From NCBI RefSeq assembly GCF_033153115.1, contig NW_026889750.1, positions 43,958,001 to 44,022,000 on the forward strand: a DNA stretch of 64,000 nt, read 5' to 3'. The notes under the pieces are model-generated. The model made no database searches and was not told the origin of the DNA. It worked only from the letters and a program-made list of their open reading frames with translations. The translations under genes were made by a program, and so were the position numbers. This DNA comes from Saccostrea echinata. Taxonomy: Eukaryota. Shown piece by piece: positions 25,945 to 39,915 of the stretch; within the stretch, counting starts at the first letter, position 1, and every line of letters starts with the position of its first letter.

Positions 25945-28900
25945 TCATTTGACAAATTTCTTCGTGAAGGATGGCAGAGGTTTGGAGGGGTTCAGTGGAT
26001 CGTGGTGCATGGGGGAGTTAGGGAGTGGGTCCAAGCGGTGGCTTCCTAGATTTGGTTGACTGGAATGTTTGGACACAGCTGGCTTCTCTCCCTTCTTAGG
26101 TTTCTGGTAAAAAAAATTACATTAAGCAAACATTGAATATAATGAAATGCTCAATTTTAATTTCTTTTCTAGAATAAAGTTTAGGTGCAGATCTGCAACA
26201 CCCTTATTGTGTCACCTACAGAGCAGGGTGACACTTACGGATCACTTTACCCGAGGTCTGTCTGTGTCCATCCATCTGTTACACCCTATATCTTGAGAAC
26301 TGTAAGAGGTATGGATTTGATATTTTGTACATATATTGCTTGACACTTTGGCTTTTGTAAAATACCATGGTTATTGACCTTTTGACTCTTAAACTTGATC
26401 TTTAACCTACTTTTCAAAATAATGAATTGTGCCAATACACAGCATATTTTTGACATTTAAGAGGTAAGTCAATGTTATTTGGCATGTGCACTGTTTGCCA
26501 TAAAACATTATGAAAATACCATTATTACATCTTCTTGACCTTAACCTTTGACCTACTTTGCAAAAATTACTCCTGACACAACTGAACCTGTGTCTTGAGT
26601 GTCTTGAGAATTTTGAGAGGCAAGGTTTTGATAATTAGCATTTATATCATAAGTTTATGAGCTCTGACACTGTTCTTTGAAACTGTATGCTATACATTTA
26701 TCAAGAACACTGAAATTTAAAATACTATGAAAATACATCAGGATCCATATACCAAAAGGATGGTTGTCCACTGACAATTGCTGTAAAGACAGACAAAATC
26801 TTTTTTGGAGGATAGTTGGATTAAACACGTGTTTACAAAATGAAAAATAATTTCATTTTTCATTTTAGCTTTGGGGGTTGAGGAATCATACTTCTATTTG
26901 ATTGCCAAATTTTATATGACAAATGCTATTCTATTGGTCTTACTATCAATGGATTTTTTTTTCTTTGCAGGCAATAACTATAATGCTAGTAATAAATAAA
27001 TAGATGACCAAGCCATCTTTAAAAAATTGTTTGGTTGCCCTCTCCCAACTGACTGAAAAATCACCCGACTCCAAACTTTTTTAACCTCCAGGACGCAATT
27101 ATTTTTTTATGCATTCTGGAAATTCAGCGTTGATTTTGAAATTTTCTTGGGAAATAAAATTCTCACCTACCTACCAACCCAATTTTTTTCATCCTGAGTT
27201 GGGAGAGGGCAAGCAAATCATTTTAAAGTTGACCCCACCTTTAGATTTCTTTTAATTGTTAATGATGCTATAGAGCAGGCGACACAAGCATTCCTTTGAA
27301 CACTAGTTTTTTCAATTTTATTTTACCACAATGTTTTACAGGCCTTTTTAAACTGCTCATATGACTGAATTGAAAGTCTTTTTATTGAATGGACTATTTA
27401 GGTGACTTTTAATCTCAAGTTCTCAAGGTGTGTATCTACGACAGTCTTCACTGCAAGTATGTCTCTCAAAAAACAAGCATATTGGTTTAAAAATTTTAGT
27501 CCACAGTATTTTTGATACAGCTGCAATTTACAAAAATAAAATTTGCATGAACCCCGCTAAGTTGTGTATCATCAAAATATCAGAACATGAAGAAAAGATG
27601 TCATTGTTCAAGAAGTTCTAATTTTTTCCAGTTTTAACCACTGCGTAATCAATCATATCTTTATAGATACTAGTGGGATTCAAAATAAATACAAATGGTT
27701 TTCCTTTCCACACATTTTCTTCTTTTAATGATTCCACATATAGTTTGACATTTGATAAATAATATACAGGAGTGTCACCATTTAAGTCCTCCCACAAAAT
27801 TGTATACAACCAACTTGCACATTTTGAGCATCCCACAATACTTGCACAGTAAGTAGCAATGTGTTAGTCCCCACCTTGGTGTTAATTGGTGGTGATGAGA
27901 TTATTGTCCATTGTTTGTTTTTTACATATGTCATTCTAGTGGTCTACTTGTAGTACACATGTACAGAAAAAATAACTGTACTGTGTTTATTACATCATAA
28001 TTAAACATATCAATAGGTGATTTTGAAATCAGGAAAGGGAGATAAGCCTGTGAGACAACTTAGAACATGCTGTGATTTGTTACATCAAATAAATTACTAA
28101 GTAAACAATATATTCCTTCATGTTGTCTGTGGACATTTGTGCTTATTTGTTTTCTACGTGGCCAATAATAAAACAGCTATGACTTTCAAATTTTTAAACA
28201 AAATACTTTGACAATTCAAACGTAGAGAAATAAACTGAAAGTCTATGTGTGAGGCATATCTGAAAATTTGTCCACAGCAAATGTGTTAGTTTGCTTCACA
28301 ATAAGAAATGAATGACACATTGTTACCTGGTACAATAGACAAAGTCACCAAGTACAAGAATCATACTAGTCATAGAACTACAGAGAGAATCAGACATACC
28401 TTCGCCAATGGGTTAATGACTCCTACGTTGGTTGTGTTATTAAACACCTTGTTAAAGTTGGTTTCCCTGTTTACTAGCTCCAGCTGATAATATCTCTTCT
28501 CATCCTGTAAGAGAACATACAATGTTAACAAAGGTCATTAAGTCCACTGAGAGAAACAACATGAAGAATTTAGATGTACAACACTGAGCTCCAGTGACTG
28601 ACAAAATATGTGTTCTGCCTAATCTATTGAATGAATTTCAATGTTCTATTATTGGACAACAACATTAATTTGTTGGCCTATTTCTCTATCATTATTTGTA
28701 TGTGTACAGACATAAACTGCTTCAGAGAAGACTTAACACATACTATCAATTGTTTCATTCGTCCCTCTCTCTCAGCGATTGCATCCCTTAGCTGCTGGAT
28801 CAGTTCGAGGTCCTCAGGGCGGGAGTCCCGGTTATTATACTTCTCCTCAGCCTCCTCCAACCTATCAGACAAAAGGTCAAAGGTCATAAAGCATAAAATA

Positions 28901-31900
28901 ACAATCTTACATTATGCTTGGTGAAACTTGTCCAAAACATTGGAAAATTATATCAACTTTAATGTACTAGAGCAGGTATAATGCAATGTACCGGTAACTC
29001 ATTTTTAGGAAAACAAGAGTTGTCTTACTGGGACTGATACAATACACCATGCAAAGGCCACTTTTAAAACATGGTACATTTCAAATGCTGCATAGATAAA
29101 AGAATCCAAAGATGTGCCTCATCATTAAGTCTGCAGCATACATCCTTTGTGGTATGCTTTAAGTGCTAAATCCTTTCTCTCTTATGTCAATGAAGCATAA
29201 AATCTAGGTCAGATGCAGCATACAATGCATGCACCAGACAGTAATTCAACATTATCTTGTGTGCACATTTAGTTTGTACATCATGTGTGAGAAAGAAAAA
29301 ACAGGTCTTAATGCTGTTCTTGACCACGGTCACTCAAGCTTAACCAAAGACAGATCTAAGTGCAAGTTTCCTTTAGTTCCCACTTGTAATAAGCTTAGAA
29401 CAAACTTCAAAGCTACACTTAACAGGATACATTGCAGGAGAAATTGTAGATCAGGTGCAGCATATACATCATGCATTACACTAAGTGTAGAGGCACCATG
29501 TCTGCAATTTTGTTTTAGATACCTTAAGAGATAAGTTAGAAAGTGATCTTAACACTGAGCTTAATCTTGCATCATAGTGACACACAGCAGATAGACAGAC
29601 ATCTAGACAGATGGAAATGAGAATTCCAGTAAACTATCTATACTACTCTGCAAGATGCTGTATAATTACAATTAATGAAGAGTTTATCTTGTTAAAAAAG
29701 TAATCAAAATTAAGTGAGATGGACAAGAGTTATGGCCCTTGCCCTAAAATGAATTCTGTGGAATACTGAGATACATACATGATCTGTAACTCCGAGATCT
29801 TGTCCTTCAGAATGTCCTGTGCCTCAGTAAATTCAGACATCATAGACTCTGACTCCCTGGAAAAGTCCTGCTTAACATTTTCCAGTTGCTGTAGGTGGCG
29901 CTTGTTAAGCACTTCTTCTTTTTTCCTGAACAACCAAAGCATTTGTTATTCATGAACAAGTGTGAGTCATTTCTTATTTGTTAACTTTGCTCGAGTTTAT
30001 TATAGTGATTTACTGTGTGATTATTTATTGGAAAGGTTTTTTTCTTGGGCAGAGAATGTGTTCGGGTAAATTGGGCACTACTTATTTTTTGATCTATACT
30101 TTGGATATAAATAAAATCTACAGACAATTCTCCAATTATCGCCATCCAATTCAATCACCATTCTTGCAATAATGCCATATTTTCTCAGGAACATTTTTCC
30201 TGCTATATAAAATCCCTTTTATAATGCTAAATTCGCAAAATCATTAATATATGTAATTAAAATATTAAGATAACATTTTGAATAAAGAAACACAAAATAT
30301 TTTATTCCCAAGAATGGTTACTCCATTTCATACTACGAAAGAACCTGTGTCCTCTGTTTTCCCCAAGATGCAAAAATTCATCGCCACATGCACTAAACTG
30401 CCATGATTTCCAAATGACAAAAGTGTGTTTTATTGAGAGTTGATGTATTTTGTCTTTTAAAACTCTATTCTTTCTGTAGTTGTTTAGCATCTTACTTAAG
30501 CTGTATCTTTGCATATCAAACATGAGTTATAATTATGTTGGGTCTTACTTGAGCTGTAGGTTTGCGTCATTGCGGATTTTGACGATATCCTTTCCCTTTT
30601 GTTCCAGCTCTCTCATCAGATGATCAATATTGTCCTTGAGTTTCTGGATCTCCTCCTGTAGGTTTTTAATGTGTCTCTCTCTCTGTGTAATCTCTGCCTT
30701 CAGTTCCTCAATCTGCATACCATGATCTCTGTCCTGTATCAAACAATACAAAGCAATTAATTGATGCTTCTTGGTATTTCTCTCTCCTAAGTTAGTTGTA
30801 AAATAATGTTTTATATGAATGTTGATGAAAAATAATGAGCAGTGATATTCAATTAGGTGGACAGTGCTTTGTTCATCTCTTACCCTCTGGTGAGAGATTT
30901 CCACCGCTCGCTCGAGCTCGAGTCTAGCAGCCTCCAGCTGCTGTTCATGTGATGTAGTGACCTCTGACATGTGGGTCATGTGACGCTCGTGCAGCTCCTC
31001 CTTAGTTGTCTCTATACAAAGAGAGCAAAATAATAATGTAAGTATTTATTAATGGTAATCTAAGAAATTTAATGTTGGAGAATAATTTCTAAATACAAAA
31101 TTTTACATATAGAACATTAAGTAGGATAAACTACGCAAAAAAAAGTCAGTGAATTTCTAATTACCTGGTAATTCTCCCACACCCCACCCCCTCAATTTTT
31201 TTTTTAAATTTTTTATGTTTCTAGTAATATATAATTTTAAGGAGCTATAGACCTTTCTATTTCACATATTTTATATCACTTAATATTTTTCTTTAACCTA
31301 CCAATTTCTTGTAGGCCCTTTTATGTCCCTACTATAGATTTTCAGAGGACCAATAAATTTTCACTATAATGACCAGTCTCTTCCTTGGTATATATTCTCA
31401 CTCACCTAACACTTTCCTGTGGGCATTTTTCTGTTCCTCTAGGGCCTGCTGCTTTAATCTCTCAGCCTCCAATTTCAGGCCCTCTAGGGCTGCTTTATGA
31501 GCTGTGATGGATGTCTGCATTTCATCTATGTGTTTGGATTTCAGACTGGTCTCAAGCTCCTAAATAAGATTATTCATACATTGAACTATACATAAAGTAC
31601 TGCATAATTTAGAGTTCAATCTACAGAGAGATTACAGATTACAGTTCTGCTTATGTGCTACAAAAAATAGAAATTTCAATTTTTTCATTTGTTTCAATTT
31701 ACTTTCAAGACTTTTAATGTAAGACAGGTCATAAAAATCAATATCAAAGGAATAACTCATAACAAATGCAGTTTTCACTTGCATGATACTGGAAGATTCG
31801 TAGCAATATTATTTTCATGTTTAGCTTTGTCCCGAACCTGAATTTCCTCTTCCTTTTGTTTGATGAGAACCTGTATTTCTGCTGTATGCTTAGCTTCAAT

Positions 31901-34900
31901 GGCAGCAACCTCTTGAGCAAATTCCTCGGCAGCTTGTGCCATTCTCTCCTCTAGACGGCATTTTTCTTCAGCAGCCTCTCTCTGGAGTCTCTCAAGCTCA
32001 CCAGCACTGATTGTCTGAGCATTGTTTAATTTGCTCTTCAACTCATTCACCTATTTAAAAAAAACCAAGCACTTATTTATTTCAATAACATCAGAATTTG
32101 ACAAGTGAGATATCTGACTTATAGCAAAATTCGCAAAGATTTCCCCACAGAAACATTTCCATGTTTACAGTAAATCTGTTGATAATTCCATGTTCCAAAA
32201 CTGATTGATTTCATTTTTTTCAAAGATTGATGAAAACATCTACATGCCATAAAAAACATCAAACTGAACTTACTGAAGGTGTATTTCATTCTATAAAGAA
32301 CAGATGAATTTGATGATTTTATATTAATCCACATACTCTAAGAGTGATGATTTTATATTAATCCACATACTCTAAGAGTGATGATTTTATATTAATCCAT
32401 AGCTCTAAGATTGATGATTTTATATTAATCCATAACTCTAAGATTGATGATTTTATATTAATCCATATACTCTAAGACTGATGATTTTATATTAATCCAG
32501 ATTTTATATTAATCCATATACTCTAAGATTGATGATTTTATATTAATCCATATACTCTAACATTGATGATTTTATATTAATCCATATACTCTAGGAGTGA
32601 TGATTTCATATAAATCCATATACTCTAAGAGTGATAATTTTATATTAATCCATATACTCTAAGAGTGATGATTTTATATTAATCCATATACTCTTAGAGT
32701 GATGATTTTATTTTAATCCATATACTCTAGGAGTAACTTTTTGATCTAACCTGTTTCTGTAGCTCATTAACAATGTTCTCCCATCCCCGTTTGGAGGCGG
32801 CAATTTCCTCGTCTTTTAGTCGTGATAATTGTTGTAGGGCCGCCTTCTTCTCCTCTTCCTTTTGCTGAGTCAGTTCCCGTCGCAGGTCTGCTGTTTCTTT
32901 CCTGTAAGTAGTAACGCATATAAATTTAATGCCTGTACCAAAAAATCTTTTAACAATACCAGTAATCCTTCTTCTTTTAGGTTGGTATCCCCCACCCCTA
33001 AAAAGGGGGGGGGGGGGAATTTTCATCCCTACAATTTAAATTTAATCTAAGAAACTTTATGCTACCTACCTTGTCTTATGAACCAACTTGTGATCAAAAT
33101 TTATCTTATTTTCAGAGAGCAAACATGTATGGCAGGAGTTTGATATCATCTACTAACTTGAGTGTATCAGACCATTTTCCTTCCAAGTCTGCTGACAACT
33201 TCTCAAGTTTGGTTTTTATGTCTGCCTGTGCCTCTATCATTTTTGCATCATACAAATTCTGTAGCTTGTCTAGTTGTACCTGAAATCATAGAAAAACAAT
33301 TAAGTATCTCTAAATACTGTACAATGACAAAACATGTAATGAAATTTGGTTTGAATAACAAAGTTTTTAAAACTCTTAGCATTTAAGAATTGTTAAAGTC
33401 AATGTACTTCATAAACAGTGTATTTATATAAATATCTTTTTTACTATAAGAGGACCTATTTCTGACCTTGAAATTAGCAGCATTAGTTTTGGACATTCGG
33501 AGCTCCTCTCTGGTTTTCTCTAACTCTGACTGTAATCGGTGTGATGCATCTTTAAGACTGGAGATCTGACTGGAGGCAGTGCCCAGGCCACTCTCACTCT
33601 CCCGGACAATCCTCTCAAGTCTCTGGACCTATCAATATGTCACATACATTAATAATTCATATAATGAGGTCCTGACACAAGAATTAATACTTCATACTTT
33701 ATCATACAATATAATTAAAACAAATTTCAAACATCTTCTTCTTATGCACATTTATCTCCAAATTAGAGATTGCTTAGAAAAAATGTTAAAATGTAGCATC
33801 AGATGTGGATATCATTAAAAATATCATATTACATAACAAATCTCTGTAGCTATACTGTACCCCAATATATAACACATCTATTTTCCATTTGATACTAAAA
33901 CCTTGTACAAATGTGTTTAAAAACCATTTTTCACTTTTCAGATGCTGATTTTGACAAATATTATTCTCAATCATTGCATCTGAGTGCCATTTTGAATGCT
34001 TCAATAGATTAGATCCTATGCTTACTCCTCCTAGGTGATGTGATCCCACATCAATTACCTTTTCATTGAGAAAATATATCTGTTGGTATCAATGCTATTT
34101 ACGGAATAACTATCTAATTTTTTGGATTCATGATGTGATCAATCGAGTGGCTTGCGTGATAATTTGCATAAATGCCGAAGGTGTTTATGCATAAAATTAT
34201 CACGCAAGCCAATTGATTGATCATCGTCATGAATCCAAAAAATCTGACAGTTATTCCTTATATCTACATGCTCCTGATTCTGCAAATTCCCGTGCTAATA
34301 GCCCCGCTTCTGTCTCTATTTGTCCCGCCCCACACGTGATTTTTTTTTACCGCCCCTATCGATGAACCAGTAGATTTATGTAGAAATAAAGTATTTTTAC
34401 AATTTGTAATTTTATCTCGGACAAAGACATTGGAAATGTAAATATTGTATCATTCACAAAAGGCATCAAATCAAGGTGTTTTAAATTTTACTTAGTTATA
34501 GCACTTTGATTTTATAATTATAAGCATTTTTGTGTAGAATTCCTGCATGTATTTCAATCCACATTTACTGCTTTTAGTTTTCACTCCAGTATACACAATG
34601 TACATGTATACTGTAAATATTTGTACAAGTAAAAATAATTACCATGTACTGCAATAGCATATGTTATTGAAAATTGCTCTTATATTGTAATAAACTAAGA
34701 CCCATTATTATGACACATCTCTGTACAGCATTGTGAATGGTGAATAAACTAAGACCCATTATTATGACCCACCTGTTTACAGTATTGTGAATAGTGATAA
34801 ATTAAGACCCATTATCATGACCAACCTGTTAACAGCATTGTGAATGGTGAATAAACTAAGACCCATTATTATGACACACCTGTTTACAGCATTGTGAATG

Positions 34901-37900
34901 GTGAATAAACTAAGACCCATTATTATGACCCACCTGTTTACAGTATTGTGAATAGTGAATAAATTAAGACCCATTATCATGACCCACCTGTTTACAGCAT
35001 TGTGAATAGTGAATAAACTAAGACCCATTATTATGACACACCTGTGTACAGCATTGTGAATGGTGAATAAACTTAAAAACCCATTATTATGACCCACCTG
35101 TGTACAGCACTGTAAATGGTGAATAAACTAAGACTCATTATTATGACACACCTGTGTACAGCACTGTAAATGGTGAATAAACTAAGACTCATTATTATGA
35201 CACACCTGTGTACAGCACTGTAAATAGTGAATAAACTAAGACTCATTATTATGACCCACCTGTGTACAGCACTGTAAATGGTGAATAAACTAAGACCCAT
35301 TATTATGACACACCTGTTTACAGCATTGTGAATGATGAATAAACTAAGACCCATTATTATGACACACCTGTTTACAGCACTGTGAATGGTGAATAAACTA
35401 AGACCCATTATTATGACACACCTGTTTACAGCATTGTGAATGATGAATAAACTAAGACCCATTATTATGACACACCTGTTTACAGCATTATGAATGATGA
35501 ATAAACTAAGACCCATTATTATGACACACCTGTTTACAGCACTGTGAATGGTGAATAAACTAAGACCCATTATTATGACACACCTGTTTACAGTATTGTG
35601 AATAGTGAATAAATTAAGACCCATTATCATGACCCACCTGTTTACAGCATTGTGAATGGTGAATAAACTAAGACCCATTATTATGACCCAGCTGTTTACA
35701 GTATTGTGAATAGTGAATAAACTAAGACCCATTATTATGACACACCTGTGTACAGCATTGTGAATGGTGAATAAACTTAAAAACCCATTATTATGACCCA
35801 CCTGTGTACAGCACTGTAAATGGTGAATAAACTAAGACTCATTATTATGACCCACCTGTGTACAGCACTGTAAATGGTGAATAAACTAAGACTCATTATT
35901 ATGACACACCTGTGTACAGCACTGTAAATGGTGAATAAATTAAGACCCATTATCATGACCAACCTGTTTACAGCATTGTGAATGGTGAATAAACTAAGAC
36001 TCATTATTATGACACACCTGTTTACAGCACTGTGAATGGTGAATAAACTAAGACCCATTATTATGACACACCTGTTTACAGCATTGTGAATGATGAATAA
36101 ACTAAGACCCATTATTATGACACACCTGTTTACAGCATTGTGAATGGTGAATAAACTAAGACCCATTATTATGACACACCTGTTTACAGCACTGTAAATG
36201 ATGAATAAACTAAGACCCATTATTATGACCCACCTGTTTACAGCATTGTGAATGATGAATAAACTAAGACCCATTATTATGACACACCTGTTTACAGCAC
36301 TGTGAATGGTGAATAAACTAAGACCCATTATTATGACCCACCTGTTTACAGCATTGTGAATGATGAATAAACTAAGACCCATTATTATGACCCACCTGTT
36401 TACAGCATTGTGAATGGTGAATAAACTAACACCCATTATTATGACACACCTGTTTACAGCATTGTGAATGATGAATAAACTAACACCCATTATTATGACA
36501 CACCTGTTTACAGCATTGTGAATGGTGACATTACCTCTGATTCAGCAGCTGCTAGCTTGTTTATCAAGTCCTGCTTGGTTCTTTCAAACTCATTCAGTAA
36601 TGATGATTTGTCCTTGTTTAATCTCTCCACATCTTCATGGTATTTCTTCAACATTTCCTTGAAATAAATTAAGCTGTCATTAATATGTTAGCTAGTATTT
36701 GCACAGCTTGTGAAAATGTTGCAACATACACTATATCACACTGGCTAAGGCACATTGTTTAAATCTCAAGTTTTACATGAATTGGGAAACAAGAAATCAT
36801 GTTAAAGGCTTTTCTTGTAAAAATTATTTCTACCACATTAAAAATAGCTATAAATACTCTGCAAATAATTTGTCAGGTAGAAATATCAGTCCCTCCCTTC
36901 CACCTACCTCTTTGGTTTGAGTCAGTTGAGTCTCTGCCTTTTGTTTGGTCATCTCTAAACTTTCTGAGTGAGCTTTGTTCAGTTGTTGTACATCATGTGT
37001 GTGTTTATCTGTCAGCTCTTTTTCTCTAGCTGCTGATTTTTCCCTCAGAGTCTGAATTTCCCTCTCCAATCTTGTCATCATTGTCTGCTTCTCAATAGAC
37101 AGATCCTCTAGAGACTGAAAAAGTAGGGGGTTAAGATTTTGTTACTTATCTCTGTACAGAATCAGGATCAGCCATTGACCAGATACAATGACTTGAGCTG
37201 CAATCTTTAATACAGGACAAGTTCAACATCAGCTAATCAACAAACTAGTGATTTGAGCCCTGACCTTTGATCAAGTAGGTTCATTTTGACTCCTAATGCC
37301 ATTAGATCCCTTGTGTAGCGAGTATGTAAGCAGATCAAAGATCTAATCTTAATTACCATAAATTAACCTCTAACAAAAAATGTCAAACTTGAACTACCGT
37401 ATTTTATCATGTCATTTACAACATGACCTTCTTCACTGAACATTCTATATTAGTGACTTACCTATGCCAGGTATTTGAACTGTGACCTTTGGCTGTAAAC
37501 CATGCTCTAGATCACTGACTTATCTGTGCCAATGATCTGTAGTGTGACTTTCGATTTTAGAACCTGTCTTACCTGTTCAAGTGACTTGAGCTGTGATCTT
37601 TGATTCTCTGTTAGGGAATCTTTCTGATTCTCTAGTGACTTGCGTTCTGACTCGAGCCAGCTTAGTCTGTCTTTCAGTTTTCTTATCTCATCTTCCAGTT
37701 CCTTAATCTTTGAAGTCTTCTGAATGTTGGTTCCTTCCAGCTGGCCAATATGAACTACAAAAAGACATGTTCAAAGTTTCTCATTTGGTAACTGACAGTC
37801 TTGTTGCTCATTCAGATCCCATTTCTTTTCACTAAGACAATACCACAAATGCTGACAATAGAGTTACAGCCTGATCTCACCTGACTTTTTCTGAAGGTCT

Positions 37901-39915
37901 TCCGCCTGCTGACTACATCTCTCTTTGGTGGCCACAAGCTCAGACTGCAGCTCCTTCAGCCTCTTACTGGCATCTGTTGCCTCCATTTTGGCTTCCTGCA
38001 ACTGTTGAACAAAAAAAAAATGATCCCATGAACTAAGGAAAACACTCACAGAGTTTGTGACTTAAACTCTTTCTCCATTTTTTTTTTTTGGAAAGATTTT
38101 TAAATCTATGTCAATGGCATCAAGATATTAAACCAACCTGTTTGAACAGTCCAGATGATGTTGAGTCTTTGTCTTTCATTGTCTCCCTCAGACCCTCCAA
38201 TTCTTTTCGTAATTTGTCCACATTTTCCTCGCTGACTGACAAATCATTTACGAGGCGTTCAATTTGAAGTTTTAGCTCTTTCTGCTGCGACAAGAAGTCC
38301 TTTTTCAGTTTCTCTTGTTCTTCTTTGTAACGATTCACTACATCTTCTACAGAACTGTCTTTTGCATTTTGTAACACTTCCAACTCCTTCTCGTAAAAAG
38401 CTTTGGCCTTGGCAAGCTTGGACTCATAGTCATCTGTGAGTTTCTGTTTTTCAGTGTTTAGTGTTTCACATTGTGTTTTCAGTCCTTCTAACTCAACCTT
38501 ATATTTATCCTCTATTTTAGCACATTCATTTAACCAGTCATTGTTCTGGGATCGGAAGAAATCACGGAGTTCATCCATTTCCTTGGTGTGGATTTTTTTC
38601 TGCTCATCCAAAGTCTTCTCTTTCTCTGAATCCATTTCTTTCCTCCATAATTCAAACTTAGACAACTGTTCCTCAAAGTGACGCTTCGCTGTCAGGACCT
38701 CCTGTGAGAGTTCCAGATATTTCTGTGAATGTTCCGTTTTGAGTTTGGTCTCACGTTCCTCTGCTTGTCTCTTAAAGTTCTCAAATTTGCTGAGGGCTTC
38801 TTTTTTGTGCTTTTCATGCTCTGCCACACAGTTCTGTAGGTTGGATATGGTGTGTTTGTGGTCACTTTCACTATCAATTTTTTGTTTGAACTTGAGGATT
38901 TTCTCCCTCGTTTCAGACAACAACTGCTGTATTTGTTCTTCATGTTGTTCCTTCAGTGTTTGGACAACTGCTTCATGTTCATCATTCTTGGTGTTAAGTG
39001 CATATATAACCTTGCAAAATGAAAAATAAATAATTCATTCAACAACCTTAATCAAAGTTAAAGAATTACAGTATTATCCAATATACAGGCCTACCACTAG
39101 CTGCAAAACTATAGTGTTATGGTTTTATATTTCAGTCTAATTGACCATAATGCCACAGATCCCGTAATGCAAATATGGTGTAATTTATGGCGCAAGATTT
39201 TCTGCACATGGTTGGGAAGAATTTCTCCACTTTCCAGCATTGGTCAATCAACTACTCTTCACTCCCTAATTCCAGACACATTCTTTGACCAACCTTTATA
39301 TTTAATCCACCTCCTAACCCTTTACAATCGTCTCTACAGACCAATAAACTCGCTTGTTTTGAATTTTTTGCCTACCACTGCACCTGCATGTACTATGCGA
39401 TTATGATTTCATATTTTAATAACTCAATTTTTTTCTGTTTCAGCTTTGTTGAACAAAAATAAAGCATATCTCTAACAAATATGAAAACAAGATCAGATAT
39501 CCTGACTTATTCTTTTACTAACACTGCCAGACATTCACAATGTTGCAGAGGAAATTCGAGTACCTTTCAACCCTACATTTTAAATCAAATTCCAGTTCTT
39601 TACACGTTTTTTTAAATTAATCAGATGATGTACATGTATATGGAATAAAGTGTTAAATAATATATATCTGTTGGTATGTATTGACTAGACATTTATTTAT
39701 CGAGATTCTTCATCATCTTTGACTACGTTTACCAAGTGGCTAACACATAAGCAAAATGATGTCTTAATACTTACTTTTGTGAGCTGTGCGATTTTCTTTG
39801 ACATCTTAAGATGCATGTCTTGTGTAACCTCCGAATTATTATTCGGGTTTCCCGGTAAAGTGCCATATTTTCCATTTTGATAATGGTTAAACGAATTTTT
39901 GGCACTTGTCGCCAT
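25945..39915 (-). CDS. FAM184A: Protein FAM184A-like (long coiled-coil), ~1096 aa, 17 coding exons
   Basis: N-terminal MHLKMSKKIAQLTK|VIYALNTKNDEHE and C-terminal YQLELVNRETNFNKVF..VGVINPLAK and RLDPLPNSP match FAM184A. Exons: 39915-39775, 39010-38138, 38001-37881, 37754-37573, 37114-36908, 36657-36535, 33628-33467, 33279-33158, 32901-32751, 32050-31838, 31559-31406, 31011-30884, 30733-30549, 29925-29779, 28861-28744, 28504-28400, 26103-25945. All are GT-AG and in phase (3291 nt). Confidence 0.93.
26204..27308 (+). mobile_element. Decayed HINE-like element in the last FAM184A intron
   Basis: TGTGTCACCT near the 5' end and AGGCGACACA near the 3' end form an inverted pair. A GTCT/GTCC microsatellite and TGACCTT repeats lie inside. 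Confidence 0.5.
32312..32732. repeat. 34-bp minisatellite, ~12 copies
   Basis: Unit GATGATTTTATATTAATCCATATACTCTAAGAGT. The array starts ~18 nt inside the intron from the FAM184A donor at 32751. Confidence 0.92.
34103..34257. repeat. Long foldback palindrome (~75-bp arms, GAA loop)
   Basis: GGAATAACT...TTTTTTGGATTCATGA...GGCTTGCGTGATAATTT..ATAAATGCC-GAA-GGTGTTTAT..AAATTATCACGCAAGCC...TCATGAATCCAAAAAA...AGTTATTCC. Confidence 0.85.
34690..36528. repeat. 54-bp minisatellite, ~34 copies, in FAM184A intron
   Basis: Unit AAACTAAGACCCATTATTATGACACACCTGTTTACAGCATTGTGAATGGTGAAT. It explains the 18-aa periodic ORFs at 34777-36490. Confidence 0.97.

Noticed and set aside
34777-36490. Three long ORFs with 18-aa repeats (MGLSLFTIHNAVNRCVII)
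   Set aside because: By-product of a stop-free 54-bp minisatellite inside a FAM184A intron. The flanking exons join in phase without it.
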